Part shown: piece by piece, positions 1-15,000 of the stretch
Numbering within the stretch: position 1 is the stretch's first letter
How the letters are laid out: the number at the start of each line of letters is the position of its first letter
NCBI GenBank assembly: GCA_951406725.2
Contig: OX597830.1
Location: 51,398,001-51,462,000 of the forward strand
Direction: 5' to 3'
Source of the DNA: Octopus vulgaris
Taxonomy: Eukaryota
DNA: 64,000 nt
The notes under the pieces: model-generated
Database searches by the model: none
What the model saw: only the letters and a program-made list of their open reading frames with translations
Told to the model about the DNA's origin: nothing
Program-made: the position numbers and the translations under genes

Positions 1-1
1 C

Positions 2-3000
2 CCAAGAACATCACCACAAACATCAACAACCACACCAGAATCTACAACTACAAAAACAATACAAACCACAACTCATCCATCCATAACCACGGCAGAACCA
101 ACAACCACAACAGGACCAACACCAACAACTACAATCTCAACAACAACAACAAACACAAGTTCACCAATAATAACCACAAAAGTACCAACACACACAGCAA
201 CAGAACCAACTATAACATCACCAAGAACAATTACCACAGCAGAACCGGTATCAAGCACAACAAATCCAACATTATCATCCATACAAGAACCAACAACAAC
301 TACAAGAGATCGAACCACAACCACAACACAAGCAACATCAACCAAGGCAACACCAATTCCAGCAACCACAACTGAACCAGCAATAACAACAACGTTTCCA
401 ACAACGACCACTACTACACCAACAACGATAACCACCAAATTACAAACAAGAACAGCAACAATGCAAACAATAGCAACATCACCACCAACCACAACAGCAT
501 CACAACAAGCAACAACAAATACAAAAGCACCAACATCAACATCAATAGAAACAACATCGTCCGAAACATCCCCAATTACATCCACAAAAGAACCTTTATC
601 AAGCACAATAGAACCAGTAATAGCAACTACAACTTTACCAACAACAATAAAACCAGCAACAACAGCCACACATTTATCTACAGAGACAATACCATCAACA
701 ACAATTAGTACTACTAAGCCAAGAATAAGGACAATGGAAGGGACAACAAGAGCTGAATCAACAACTGCAACACTACCAGCAACAACAACAGAACTAACAT
801 TTACCAAGCGAACAGGAACAAGAACAAGAACAACGGTGCCGACAGTAACAGCAGAAACAACAACAGCAACAACAGGAGCAATGAAAACCGCCGCAGATCT
901 AAATACGATAACCACAAAAGAGCAAGTAACTTCAACCAAGGCAACAGCTACAACCGAATCACCACTAGAAACAACTACAACACAAACAAAAACAACACCC
1001 ACAACCGGAATCGAACCAACAACAACCACAACAGCCCCACTACCAAGAACAGCAACGAAACCAACTCTAACGACTACAATAGAACCAAAAATAACAATAC
1101 CAACAACAACCAAAACATCACCAGCATCAATAGCCACAGCAATAAATGTAACTACAACAGAACCGTCAACAACCACAGAAACAGTAACATCAGCTACAAC
1201 AAGCGCAACAACAATCATTACAGAACCGACAACAACGACAAGAGCACCAAAAACAACCACACCAGTAACTACAACAACCGCAACAGAGCCACCAACTACA
1301 TCTCCATCAAGAACAACGAAAACAGTACCAACAACCACTACAAAGGAACCATTAACAACATCTCAGACAACAAACACAGTAGTACCAACAACAACAACAA
1401 CTACTGGACCAACAACAATCACAACAGAACCAACAGCTGTCAACACGGCATCAGCAATTACTACAGAATCAACAGCGACCACAGCAGAAACGAGAACGAT
1501 ACCATCAACAACCACAATACCACCGACAACGACAACCACTACAAAACCAAAAACAGCCACAACAGAACCAAAAACAACCACAACAGAAGCATCAACAACA
1601 ACCGCATCAGAACAAACAATTATCAGAACAGTACTAACATCATCAATCACAACAGAGCCAAAAGCATCCCCGACAGAATCAACAGCAACGACTATTACAG
1701 GGGCGACAAAAAGCAACACAACACCAACTACTCCCAGAAGCACAACTACAAGCGAACCAACAACCACCGCAACAGAAACCCCAACAACATCAGTTCCAAC
1801 CACAGCCAAACTAGAACCAACAACAGCATTGCCACGAACAACAAGCAAAATTCAACAGACAACAACTGCAATGGAACCCACAATAACAGCATTTCTACGA
1901 ACAACAACCACCTCACAACCAATATCGACCAGAAGGTCGGAAACACCAATACAAACCATTGAACTAACAACAACACCAAGTGCAGCAACAACATCAACCG
2001 TGTCTACAACACGGACAACAGAACCGTCAACTATGTCATCACAACCGACGACTAAAACTACAACAAAATCTACATCAGAACCAATTACAGCAACCTCTTC
2101 ACCTGCAGCAAATACAAAACAACCAATAACAAGCAGAACAGAACCAACAGCTGTTACACCTGAGCCAATAACAACACAGCCAACAGCACCTATAACATTA
2201 ACAGAGCGAGCAACGACAACCACAACAGCACCAACAACAATTACAATAGAACCAACAAAAAGGACATCACCAACAACAACCCCAACAGCTCCAATAATAA
2301 CAACTCTATTAAGAACAACAGCACCAACAACAACAACCACAGCCGATCCGACAGCAATCACAACAGTACCAGAATCAGCAACCACAACAGAACCAACGAC
2401 AGCCTCACTATACCTAACAACGATAACCACAACAGAACCAACAATGTCATCACCACCAAGAGCAACCATAACAGAACCATCATTTTCAAGCACACAGGAA
2501 ACAACAGCAACAACCAGCGAACCAACAACAACGCCTTATGTAACAACAACAATCTCAGACACAACACCGAGTGCAACTTCAATAACAAGCTCAACAGAAA
2601 CATCAGCGACAACATCACAACTAACGTCAACTACAACAACACTAAGAACAACCACAAGTGTACCAACAACTGCAACATCTCCACCTACAGCAGACACAAC
2701 AGCACCAACAACAGCTACAAGAGAACCAACAGCTTTATCATTACCAACATCTACAACAGAACCTACAATAACAACATCACCAACAACAGCATCACCAATA
2801 ACAATATCACTAACAACAAAAACAGCATCAGCAACAAAAACAACATCCCCACCAGCTACCACCACAACTGAACCAAAAAGAAATACATTAGATCCTAGAA
2901 CAGCAGCCACAACACAACGAACAAGCGCCGCAGCTGAACCAGCAACAACAACAACGAAAGAAACTACATCCAAAATCACATCGGAAACAACAACAATCAC

Positions 3001-6000
3001 AACAGCACCAACAACAAGTACTTCAACAGCACAATTAAAGACCATAACAAAACCAATATCATTACCAACAACAACAACAACAACAACCACAACCCGAACA
3101 CAACCAGTTACAACAGCACCAATGCCAGCAACAACCACACTACAACTTGCAACAGCGACCACAAGAGAACCAACATCTACAAATACATCGGAAACACCAA
3201 CAACCACTATACTAACAGCAACAACAACCCCAACCACAACGCCAAGTGCAACGTCAACAACAGGCACAAATGAATCATCAGCAACAACATTACCACCAAA
3301 ATCAACTGCAATAGATCAAAGAACGATAACAACAATACCAACAACTAGAACATCTCCACCTTCAGCAACTTCAACAGGACCAACAACAACCATTAGAGAG
3401 CCAACAACTCCAGTAACAACCACAACAGATCAAACAACAATCACGAAAGCTCCAACAACAATAATCCCAACAGGACTAACAACGGCCACAACTGAACCAC
3501 CAACAACGTCACCGCAAATAACAACCATGCCAAAAACCACCACAGAACCAACAACAACCACAATAGAACCAATAACCGCAACTATAATAGAAGCAACAAC
3601 CACAAACACAATGAAACCAAGAGACGCATCCACGACTGAAGAAACAGCAACTACCGTCACAACACAACCAATAGCAACGTCCACAGAACTAACATCAACC
3701 ACAACACAAACAACCACAACACAAACCACCACGGAACCAACAACCACAACACAAACAAGAACCACCACGGAACCAACAACCACAACAACAGAAACGAAAA
3801 CCGCAATCACATCAAAACCAGCAACCACAACAGGACCAACAACTACAACAGAACCAAAATCTACAACAGAACCAACAATAACCACAACAGGACCAACAAC
3901 CACAGTCACAACGAAACAAACAAGTACAGCAGAACCAAAAATCACAACAGAACTAAAAGCCACAACAGAACCAAAGACCACAATCACAACAAAACCATCA
4001 ACAACTAAAACAGGATCAAAATCCTCAATCACAACAGACCAAATAACAACCACCACAGAACCAACAATAGCCACAACGGAAACAACAACCACAACAGATG
4101 CACCAACAACTGAAACAAAACCAACAACACACCCAACAGTACAAACAGCCACAACACCAACAACACCCAGAACACAAACAGCAACACCCACAGCACCAAC
4201 GACCACTACAATAGAACCAACAGCCACAATCACAACAGAAGCAACAACAGCTGCAACACAAACAACAACCACCAAAATAGGACCAACAGCCACAATCACA
4301 TCGCAACCAGCCACAACAAAAACAGCAACGGCCACAGAACTAACAACCACCCCAACAAGACCAACAACTACAATCACAACCGGGCCAGCAATCACAAGAC
4401 CAACAACCACAATCACAACACAAGAAACAACCATAACTGAACCATCAACAACCACAACACGACCAACAACAACAACAATGACAAGAGAACCAACAACAAC
4501 CACAACGCAGACATCAGCCACAACAGAACAAACAGCAGTCACAACAGAACCAATAATCACCACCACAACAGAGCCAACAACTATAATCACTACAGAACCA
4601 ATGACATCAACCACATCAGAACAAACAACAACGAAAACAATACCAACAACAACAATCACGACAGAGCCAGCAGCAACCACTGCCAAAGCACCGATAACCA
4701 CAACACAAACAACAATCTCAAGAGAACCAACAACAACAACAACTACTGAATCATCAAAAACTACAAGAAAACTAAAACTAACCACAATAGAACCAGAAAC
4801 AATCACAACAAAATCAACATCTATAATAGAGCCAAAACCAAGAACAAGAGAACCAATATTAACAACCATTACAAAAGCAACATCACCAACTGCCAGATCA
4901 GAATCTACAATAACGTCACCACAACCAACAACAACCGCAACACTACTGTCCATAAACACTACAGCACCACCAGCAAGTACATCATCATCAACAACAACCA
5001 CAAGACCAACAATAACAGCCACAACAGAACTATTAACAACCACTACAGAACCGACAGCAACCGCCACAGATCTATCAACCACAATCACAACAGAACGAGC
5101 AACAAACACTGCAGAACTGACAACAAACACAACAGAACCGCCAACTACAATCACAACAGAACGAACAACAACCACTACAGAACTGACAACAAACACAACA
5201 GAACCGCCAACTACAATCACAACAGAACGAGCAACAACCGCTACAGAACTGACAACAAACACAACAGAACCGCCAACTACAATCACAACAGAACGAACAA
5301 CAACCACCATAGAATCGATTACAAACAGACTAGTTCCAACAACCACATTAGAACCAACATTAACAACCGCAACAGAACCTACAATGTCATCACAAGCAAC
5401 AACCACAACAAAACCAACAACAATCAGAACACCAACCATAGCAACCACAATTAAACCAACATCTACAACTACATCAGGTACAACAACAACAGCTACAAAA
5501 GCAGCACCAACTCCAACCTCAACATTAAGCACTAAAGAACGAGTGTCAACAGCAGCAAGGGAACCAACAACAATCACTACACAACAAACAACTGCAACCA
5601 TCTCTGGACCAACATCTGCCACAACTGCAAGCACAACACCTACCACAACAGAAGCAACAACAACCACAGCAACATCAACACCTACAATATTGCATACCAC
5701 AAATAGAATGTCACTAACTAAGCCACGTACAACTGAAGCAAGCACACCCTTAGCGCATTCACCCTCTACAATCAGATACGAAACATCCAGCAACCTTGAA
5801 ACAGGTACTGTCACAACAGGAGGAGAAACTTCTCTACCATCGACAAGTACAGGCTCATTAGAATATAAACAGACACCCTCTATTACAACACAAGGTGCAC
5901 AAGATCTAACATCTTCAACCGTTACACTTTCATCTGTAGATGAGACTTCAGAATTTTCCACGCATGAAGAATCATCAAACTTAGCATTCCCTAATTCTCT

Positions 6001-9000
6001 TCCACCGACTCCGTCTACAGAAATGTATACGTCTTCTCAACACATTACAGAAGATTTCTCGAAGCATTCCACAAAATTTAACATTCCAGCCAACATGACA
6101 CAGGAACCATCTAAAACCACTACACACATCTCTACATCACAAACAACAGCAACAATGAAAAATATGAATACGCCAACTACTACTACTACTACATCACATA
6201 CTAGAGCAACAACAGACATCAATATTACACCAACAACTACACCAGACGCTACAGCAAAGACAAACATCACTACAACACAAACAGTAACAGAAATTACAAC
6301 GAATATACCGACAACTGCATCAGAAAAGTTGCGAATACCGCATCAAAATGATACAGCAACGAAAGACACCATGGTTACTCCGACTACTCCGTCACCAACG
6401 ACAGCAGTGACACACAAATCTTCAATTAGAGACACAACATCACAAAATATAGCAACAGACAAAACTATAACACAAACAACTACATCACAAACTACAGGCA
6501 CCACTGTTACACCAACCACTACATCACGAACCACAGCATCAACAGACACCACAGCTACACCAGAGACATCACGGACAACACCAACAACTACATCACAAAC
6601 AACATCAAGAACAGGCACCATTACAACACCAGCAAATACTTCGCAAAGTACAGCAACAACAGATAAAACTTCAACACCAGCAACTACATCACAAACTACA
6701 GCAACGGAAGTCACTACTACCACACAAACAACTACACAAGAAGCTACAATAACAACCGGCGCTACTACTACACCAGAAACTACAGCACAAACTACAGCAA
6801 CAACTGGTGTTTCTACGTCAGAAACTACACCTACTACACCACAAACTACAGCAACAGCAAGAACCACTACTAAATCAGGAACTACATCACAAACCACAAC
6901 AACAGAGGACACTACTATCACACAAACAACTACACCAGAAACTACAGCAACACCAGGAGCTACTACTACACAAACAACTACACCACAAACTACAGCAACA
7001 GCAGGAACCATTACTATACCTACAACTACATCACAAACTACAGCAGCAGAAGGCTCTACTGCCACACAAACAGCTACACCAGAAACTACTGCAACAACAG
7101 GCGCAACTACAATGCCAACAACTACAACACAAACTACAACAACAACAATCACCAAAACTACATCAGAGACTACAGCAACAGCAGGAACCACTACTAAACC
7201 AGCTACTACATCACAAACTGCAGCAACAGAAGGCACTACTACCACACAAACAACTACACAAGAAGCTACAATAACAACCGGCGCTACTACTACACCAGAA
7301 ACTACAGCACAAACTACAGCAACAACTGGTGTTTCTACGTCAGAAACTACACCTACTACACCACAAACTACAGCAACAGCAAGAACCACTACTAAATCAG
7401 GAACTACATCACAAACCACAGCAACAGAGGACACTACTATCACACAAACAACTACACCAGAAACTACAGCAACACCAGGAGCTACTACTACACAAACAAC
7501 TACACCACAAACTACAGCAACAGAAGGCTTTACTGCCACACACACACCTACACCAGAAACTACAGCAACAACAGGCGCTACTACTACTACACCAACAACT
7601 ACAACACAAACTACAGCAACAAGAGTCACCAAAACTACACCACAAACTACAGCAACAGCAGGAACCACTACTAAACCAGCTACTGCATCACAAACTGCAG
7701 CAACAGAAGGCACTACTACCACACAAGCAACTATACCAGAGAATGCAGCAACACCTGGAGCTACTACTACACCAACAACTACAGCACAAACCAAAATTGC
7801 ACCCACTACTACATCACAAACTACAGCAACAACGGTCAAAACTACATCACGAACTACAGTGACAAAAGACTCCATAGCTACAGCAAACACTACGTCACAG
7901 ACAACAGCAACAACAAACCTTCCTACTACACTAACAACTACATCACAAACTACAACAGGCACCCGTACAACACCATCGACTACATTACAAACAAGAGCAA
8001 CAGCAGATGGTAGTACTACTACACTAGCAACTACATCAGAAAGTACACCAACAGAAGGCAGTAATATCACACCAGCAACTACACCACAGACTACAACACC
8101 AGGAACCACTAGTACACCTACAACTACAACACAAACTACGCCAACAAAAGGCACCACTATAACATCAACAACTACACCACAAACTACAGTAACAGTGAGT
8201 ACCACTACCATGCCACTCACTACAACGCAAACTACAGCAACACTAGGCACAACTGTTAAACCACACACTATGACACATACTACAGCAACAGTGGGCACCA
8301 CTACTACACAACCCACTACAATACAAACTGCTGCAAGGACAAGTATCATTACTACCCCAGCAACTACATCTTACACTACATCATCAACAGGCACCACTAG
8401 TACATCAGCAACTACATCAGAAACTACACCAACGACCGACATTAGTACCATACAAGTAACTACACCACAAAGCAAAGTAACAGCGGGTACTCTTTCTACG
8501 TCATCAACTACATCACAAACTACAGCACTGAATGATACAGATATTACACCAACAACTACACCACAAGCATCAACAACAGCAGACACTACAACCGCACCAA
8601 CAACTACTTCACACACCACAGCAATGCCAGGCACCCCTACAACACTAGCAACTACGACACAAACTACGGCAGTAACAGGTACAACTACCACAGACACAAC
8701 TATAGCACAAACTACGGTAACAGCAAATACTACTACCACACCTCCAACTACATCACAAACAACAGCAACAATAGACATCACTACTGCACCAGCAACTACA
8801 TCACAAACTACAGCAACATCAGGCACTACTGATACGCCAGCAACTATGCGTAGTATTACTACAGCGGAAACTACATCCCAAACTACACCAACAGCAGGCA
8901 CCACTAGTACATCAGCAACTACATCAGCATCAACAACAACAGACAATACTACATCACCAACAACTACAACACAAACTAACGTAACTGCTAGTACTACTAA

Positions 9001-12000
9001 GACAACACAAACTACAGCAATAACAGATACTCCTACTACACCATCAACTACAACACAAACTACAGAAGCAACAGATACCACTACTCCACCAACAACTACA
9101 TCACAAACGACATCAACGGCAGCAGGTGCCACTACTACACCACTCACTACAACACAAACTACGGCAATAACAGATACCATCACTACACCACACACTACAA
9201 CACAAACTACAGCAATAACAGATACCACTACTACACCACACACTACAACACAAACTACAGCAATAACAGATACCACTACTGCACCACTCACTACAACACA
9301 AACTACGGCAATAACAGATACCACTACTGCACCACTCACTACAACACAAACTACGGCAATAACAGATACCACTACTACACCACTCACTACAACACAAACT
9401 ACGGCAATAACAGATAACACTACTGCACCACTCACTACAACACAAACTACGGCAATAACAGATACCACTACTACACCACCCACTACAACACAAACTACAG
9501 CAACAACAGATACCACTACTCCGCCTACAACTACATCACAAACTACAGCAATAACAGATACCACTACTACATCACCCACTACAACACAAACTACAGCAAC
9601 AACAGATACCACTACTCCGCCTACAACTACAACACAAACTACAGCAATAACAGATACCACTATTACACCACCAACTACAACACAAACTACAGCAATAACA
9701 GATACCGCTACTACACCACCAACTACAACACAAACTACAGCAGCAGCAGATACCGCTACTCCGCCAACAACTACAACACAGACTACAGCAATATCATATA
9801 CCACTACTAATGCAACAACTACATCACAAACTACAACAACAACAGATACCACTACTCCGCCTACAACTACATCACAAACTACAGCAACAACAGATATCAC
9901 TACTACACCATCAACTACAACACAATCTACAGCAATAACAGATACCACTAATACACCACTAACTACATCACAAAATACATCAAGTGCAGCAGGTGCCACT
10001 ACTACACCACAAACTACAGCAATAACACATACCACTACTACACCACTTACTACAACACAAACTACAGCAATAAGAGATACCGCTACTACACCATCAACTA
10101 CAACACAAACTACAGCAACAATAGATACCACTACTCCGCCTACAACTACATCACAAACTACAACAACAACAGATACCAGTACTCCGCCAACAACTACAAC
10201 ACAAACTACAGCAATAACAGATACCACTACTACACTACCCACTACAACACAAACTATAGCCACAACAGATACCGCTACTCCGCCAACAAGTACAACACAA
10301 ACTACAGCAATAACGGATACCACTACTATACCACCCACTACAACACAAACTACAGCAACGAAAGATTCCACTACTCCTGCAACAACTACAGCACAAACTA
10401 TACCAATAACAGATACCACTACTACACCACTTACTACAACACAAACTACAGCAACAAGAGACACCACTACTCCGCCAACAACTACAACACAAACTACAAC
10501 AATAAGAGATACCACTTCTACACCACAAACTACAGCAATAACAGACACCACTACACCGCCAAGAACTACAACACAAACTAGCGAAATAACAGATACCACT
10601 ACTACACCAACAACTGCAACACAAACTACAACAACAAGAGACACCACTACACCGCCAACGACTACAACACAAACTACAGCAATAACAGATACCACTACTA
10701 CACCACCAACTACAACACAAACTACAGCAAAAAGAGACATCACTATTCCGCTAACAACTACAACACAAACTACCGCAAAGACGGATACCACTACTACAGC
10801 ACCAACTACAACACAAACTACAGAAACAAAAGATTCCACTACTCCTGCAACAACTACCGCACAAACTGCAGCAATAACAGATAGCTCTATTACACCACAA
10901 ACTACAACAATAACTACAGCAATAACAAACACCACTACACCACCAAGAACTACAACACAAACTACAGCAATAACAGATACCACTACTACACCACCAGCTA
11001 CAACACAAACTACAGCAAAAACAGATACCACTACTACACCACCAACTACAACACAAACTACAGCAACAACAGACACCACTACTCCGCCAAGAACTACAAT
11101 ACTCCTTACAGCAATAAAAGATACCACAACTACCACATCAACTACAGCACAAACCACATCAACGGCAGCAGGTGCCCCTACTACACCACACATTATAACA
11201 AAAACTACAGCAATAACAAATACCACTACTACACAACCGACTATAACACAAACTAAAACAACAACAGATACCACTACTACTACAACACAAACTACAGCAA
11301 CAACTGATACCATTACTACGCTAACAGCTACTTCACAAACTACTGCAACGGCAGCAGGTGCCAGTACTACACCACCCACTATAACACGAACTACAGCAAT
11401 AAGAGATACCACTGCTACACCACCAACTACAACACAAGCTGCAGCAACAACAGACACCACTACTCCGGCAACAACTACAGCAATAACAGATACCACTAGT
11501 ACACCACCAACTATAACACAAACTACAGCAATAACAGATACTACAGCTACACCACCAACTACATCACAAACGACATCAACGGCAGCAGGTGCCACTACTA
11601 CACCACCCACTACAACACAAACTACAGCAACAATTGATACCATTACTACACCACCAACTACAACACAAACTACAGCAACAACAGTTACCACTACTACACC
11701 ACCAACTACAACACAAACTACAGCAATAACAGATACCACTACTAAATCACCCACTACAATTCAAACTACAGCAACAACAGATACCATTACTATACCACTC
11801 ACTACAATACAAACTACAGCAACAACAGATACCACTACTACACCACACACTACAACTCAAACTACAGCAACAACAGATACCATTACTACACCACCAACTA
11901 CAACACGCACTACAGCAATAACAGATACCACTACTACACCACCAACTACATCACAAATGACATCAACCGCAGCAGGTGCCACTACTACACCACAAACTAC

Positions 12001-15000
12001 AACACAAACTACAGCAATAACACATACCACTACTACATCACCGACTATAACACAAACTAAAACAACAACAGATACCACTACTACTACAACACAAACTACA
12101 GCAACAGCAGACACCACTACTCCACCAACAACTACAACGCAAACTACAGCAAAATCAGATACCACTAGTACACCACCAACTGCATCACAAACGACATCAA
12201 CGGCAGCAGATGCCACTACTACACCAACAACTACAACACAAACTACAGCAATAATAGATACCACTACTACGCCAACAACTACAACACAAACTACAGCAAC
12301 AACAGATAGCACTACTACGCCAACAACTACAACAGAAACTACTGCAACAACAGATACCACTACTACACAATCAACTACAACACAAACTACAGCAACAACA
12401 GATACCACTACTACGCCAACAACTGCAACACAAACTACAGCAACAACAGATACCACTACTACGCCAACAACTACAGTACAAACTACAGCAACAATAGATA
12501 CCACTACTCCGCCAACAACTACAACACAAACAACAGACATAACAGATACCAGTACTACACCACCAACTACATCACAAATGACACCAACCGCAGCAGGTGC
12601 CACTACTACACCATCCACTACAACACAAACTACAGCAATAACAGATAGCACTACTACACCACCGACTATAACACAAACTAAAACAACAACAGATACCGCT
12701 ACTACGCCAACAACTGCAACACAAACTACAGCAACAACAGATACCACTACTACGCCAACAACTACAACACAAACTACTGCAACAACAGATACCACTACTA
12801 CGCCAACAACTGCAACACAAACTACAGCAACAACAGATACCACTACTCCGGCAACAACTACAATACTAACTACAGACATAACAGATACCAGTACTACACC
12901 ACCAACTACATCACAAATGACACCAACCGCAGCAGGTGCCACTACTACACCATCCACTACAACACAAACTACAGCAATAACAGATACCACTACTAAACCA
13001 CCGACTATAACACAAACTAAAACAACAACAGATACCGCTACTACGCCAACAACTGCAACACAAACTACAGCAACAACAGATACCACTACTACGCCAACAA
13101 CTACAACACAAACTACTGCAACAACAGATACCACTACTACGCCAACAACTGCAACACAAACTACAGCAACAACAGATACCACTACTACGCCAACAACTGC
13201 AACACAAACTACAGCAACAACAGATACCACTACTACGCCAACAACTACAACACAAACTACAGCAACAACAGATACCACTACTACACCACACACTACAACA
13301 CAAACTACAGCAACAACAGATACCACTACTACGGCAACAACTACAACACAAACTACTGCAACAACAGATACCACTACTACGCCAACAACTACAACAGAAA
13401 CTACAGCAACAACAGATTCCACTACTACACCATCAACTACAACACAAATGACACCAACCGCAGTAGGTGCCACTACTACACCACCCACTACAACACAAAC
13501 TACAGCAATAACAGATACCACTACTACACCACCGACTATAACACAAACTAAAACAATAACAGGTTCCACTACTACTACAACACAAACTACAGCAACAGCA
13601 GACACCACTACTCCACCAACAACTACAACGCAAACTACAGCAAAATCAGATACCACTGGTACACCACCAACTGCATCACAAACGACATCAACGGCAGCAG
13701 GTGCCACTACTACGCCAACCACTATAACACAAACTACAGCAATAACAGATACTACTACTACGCCAACAACTACAACACAAACTACAGCAACAACAGATAC
13801 CACTACTACGCCAACAACTACAACACAAACTACAGCAACAACAGATACCACTACTACGCTAACAACTGCAACACAAACTACAGCAACAACAGATACCACT
13901 ACTACGGCAACAACAGATACCACTACTACGCCAACAACTACAACAGAAACTACAGCAACAACAGATACCACTACTACGCCAACAACTGCAACACAAACTA
14001 CAGCAACAACAGATACCACTACTACGCCAACAACTGCAACACAAACTACAGCAACAACAGATACCACTACTACGCCAACAACTACAACACAAACTACAGC
14101 AACAACAGATACCACTACTACACCACACACTACAACACAAACTACAGCAACAACAGATACCACTACTACGGCAACAACTACAACACAAACTACTGCAACA
14201 ACAGATACCACTACTACGCCAACAACTACAACAGAAACTACAGCAACAACAGATTCCACTACTACACCATCAACTACAACACAAACTACAGCAACAACAG
14301 ATACCACTACTACACCAACAACTGCAACACAAACTATATCAAACACAATTATGACTACTACACCAGGAACTACATCACATACTACAAGAACAATTGGTAC
14401 TACTACAGCTACACCAACAACTACAGCACATACAACAGCAACAGCAGGTACTACTGCAACACCAACAACTACATCACAAACTACAGCAACAAGAGTCACC
14501 ACTACTACACCAACATTTATGTCACAATCAACTGCAACAGCAGGCATCGCTACTACACCAGGAACTGCAACACAAACTACAGCAGCAATAGACAGAACTA
14601 CTGCACCAATAGCTACATCACAAACTACAGCAACAGAAGGCACTACTACCACACCAACTACTAGTCCGCAAACTACAGTAACAGAAGTTAAAACTACTAT
14701 ACCAGCAACTACGTCACAAACCACAACAGCAGCAGGCACCACTATTACACTAGCAACTCCATCACAAAGTACAGCAATAACAGATACCACTACTACATCA
14801 CCAACTACAACACAAACTACAGCAACAACAGACACCACTACTCCGCCAAGAACTACAACACTCCTTACAGCAATAAAAGGTACCACTACTCCGCCAACAA
14901 CTACATCACAAACTACAACAACAACAGATACCACTACTCCGCCTACAACTGCATCACAAACTACTGAACCAACAATAATAGCTACAACGGCAACACAGCT

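Noticed and set aside
461-463. ATG at 461 as the gene start
   Set aside because: The frame is open and equally Thr-rich from base 2, and no signal peptide follows this Met.
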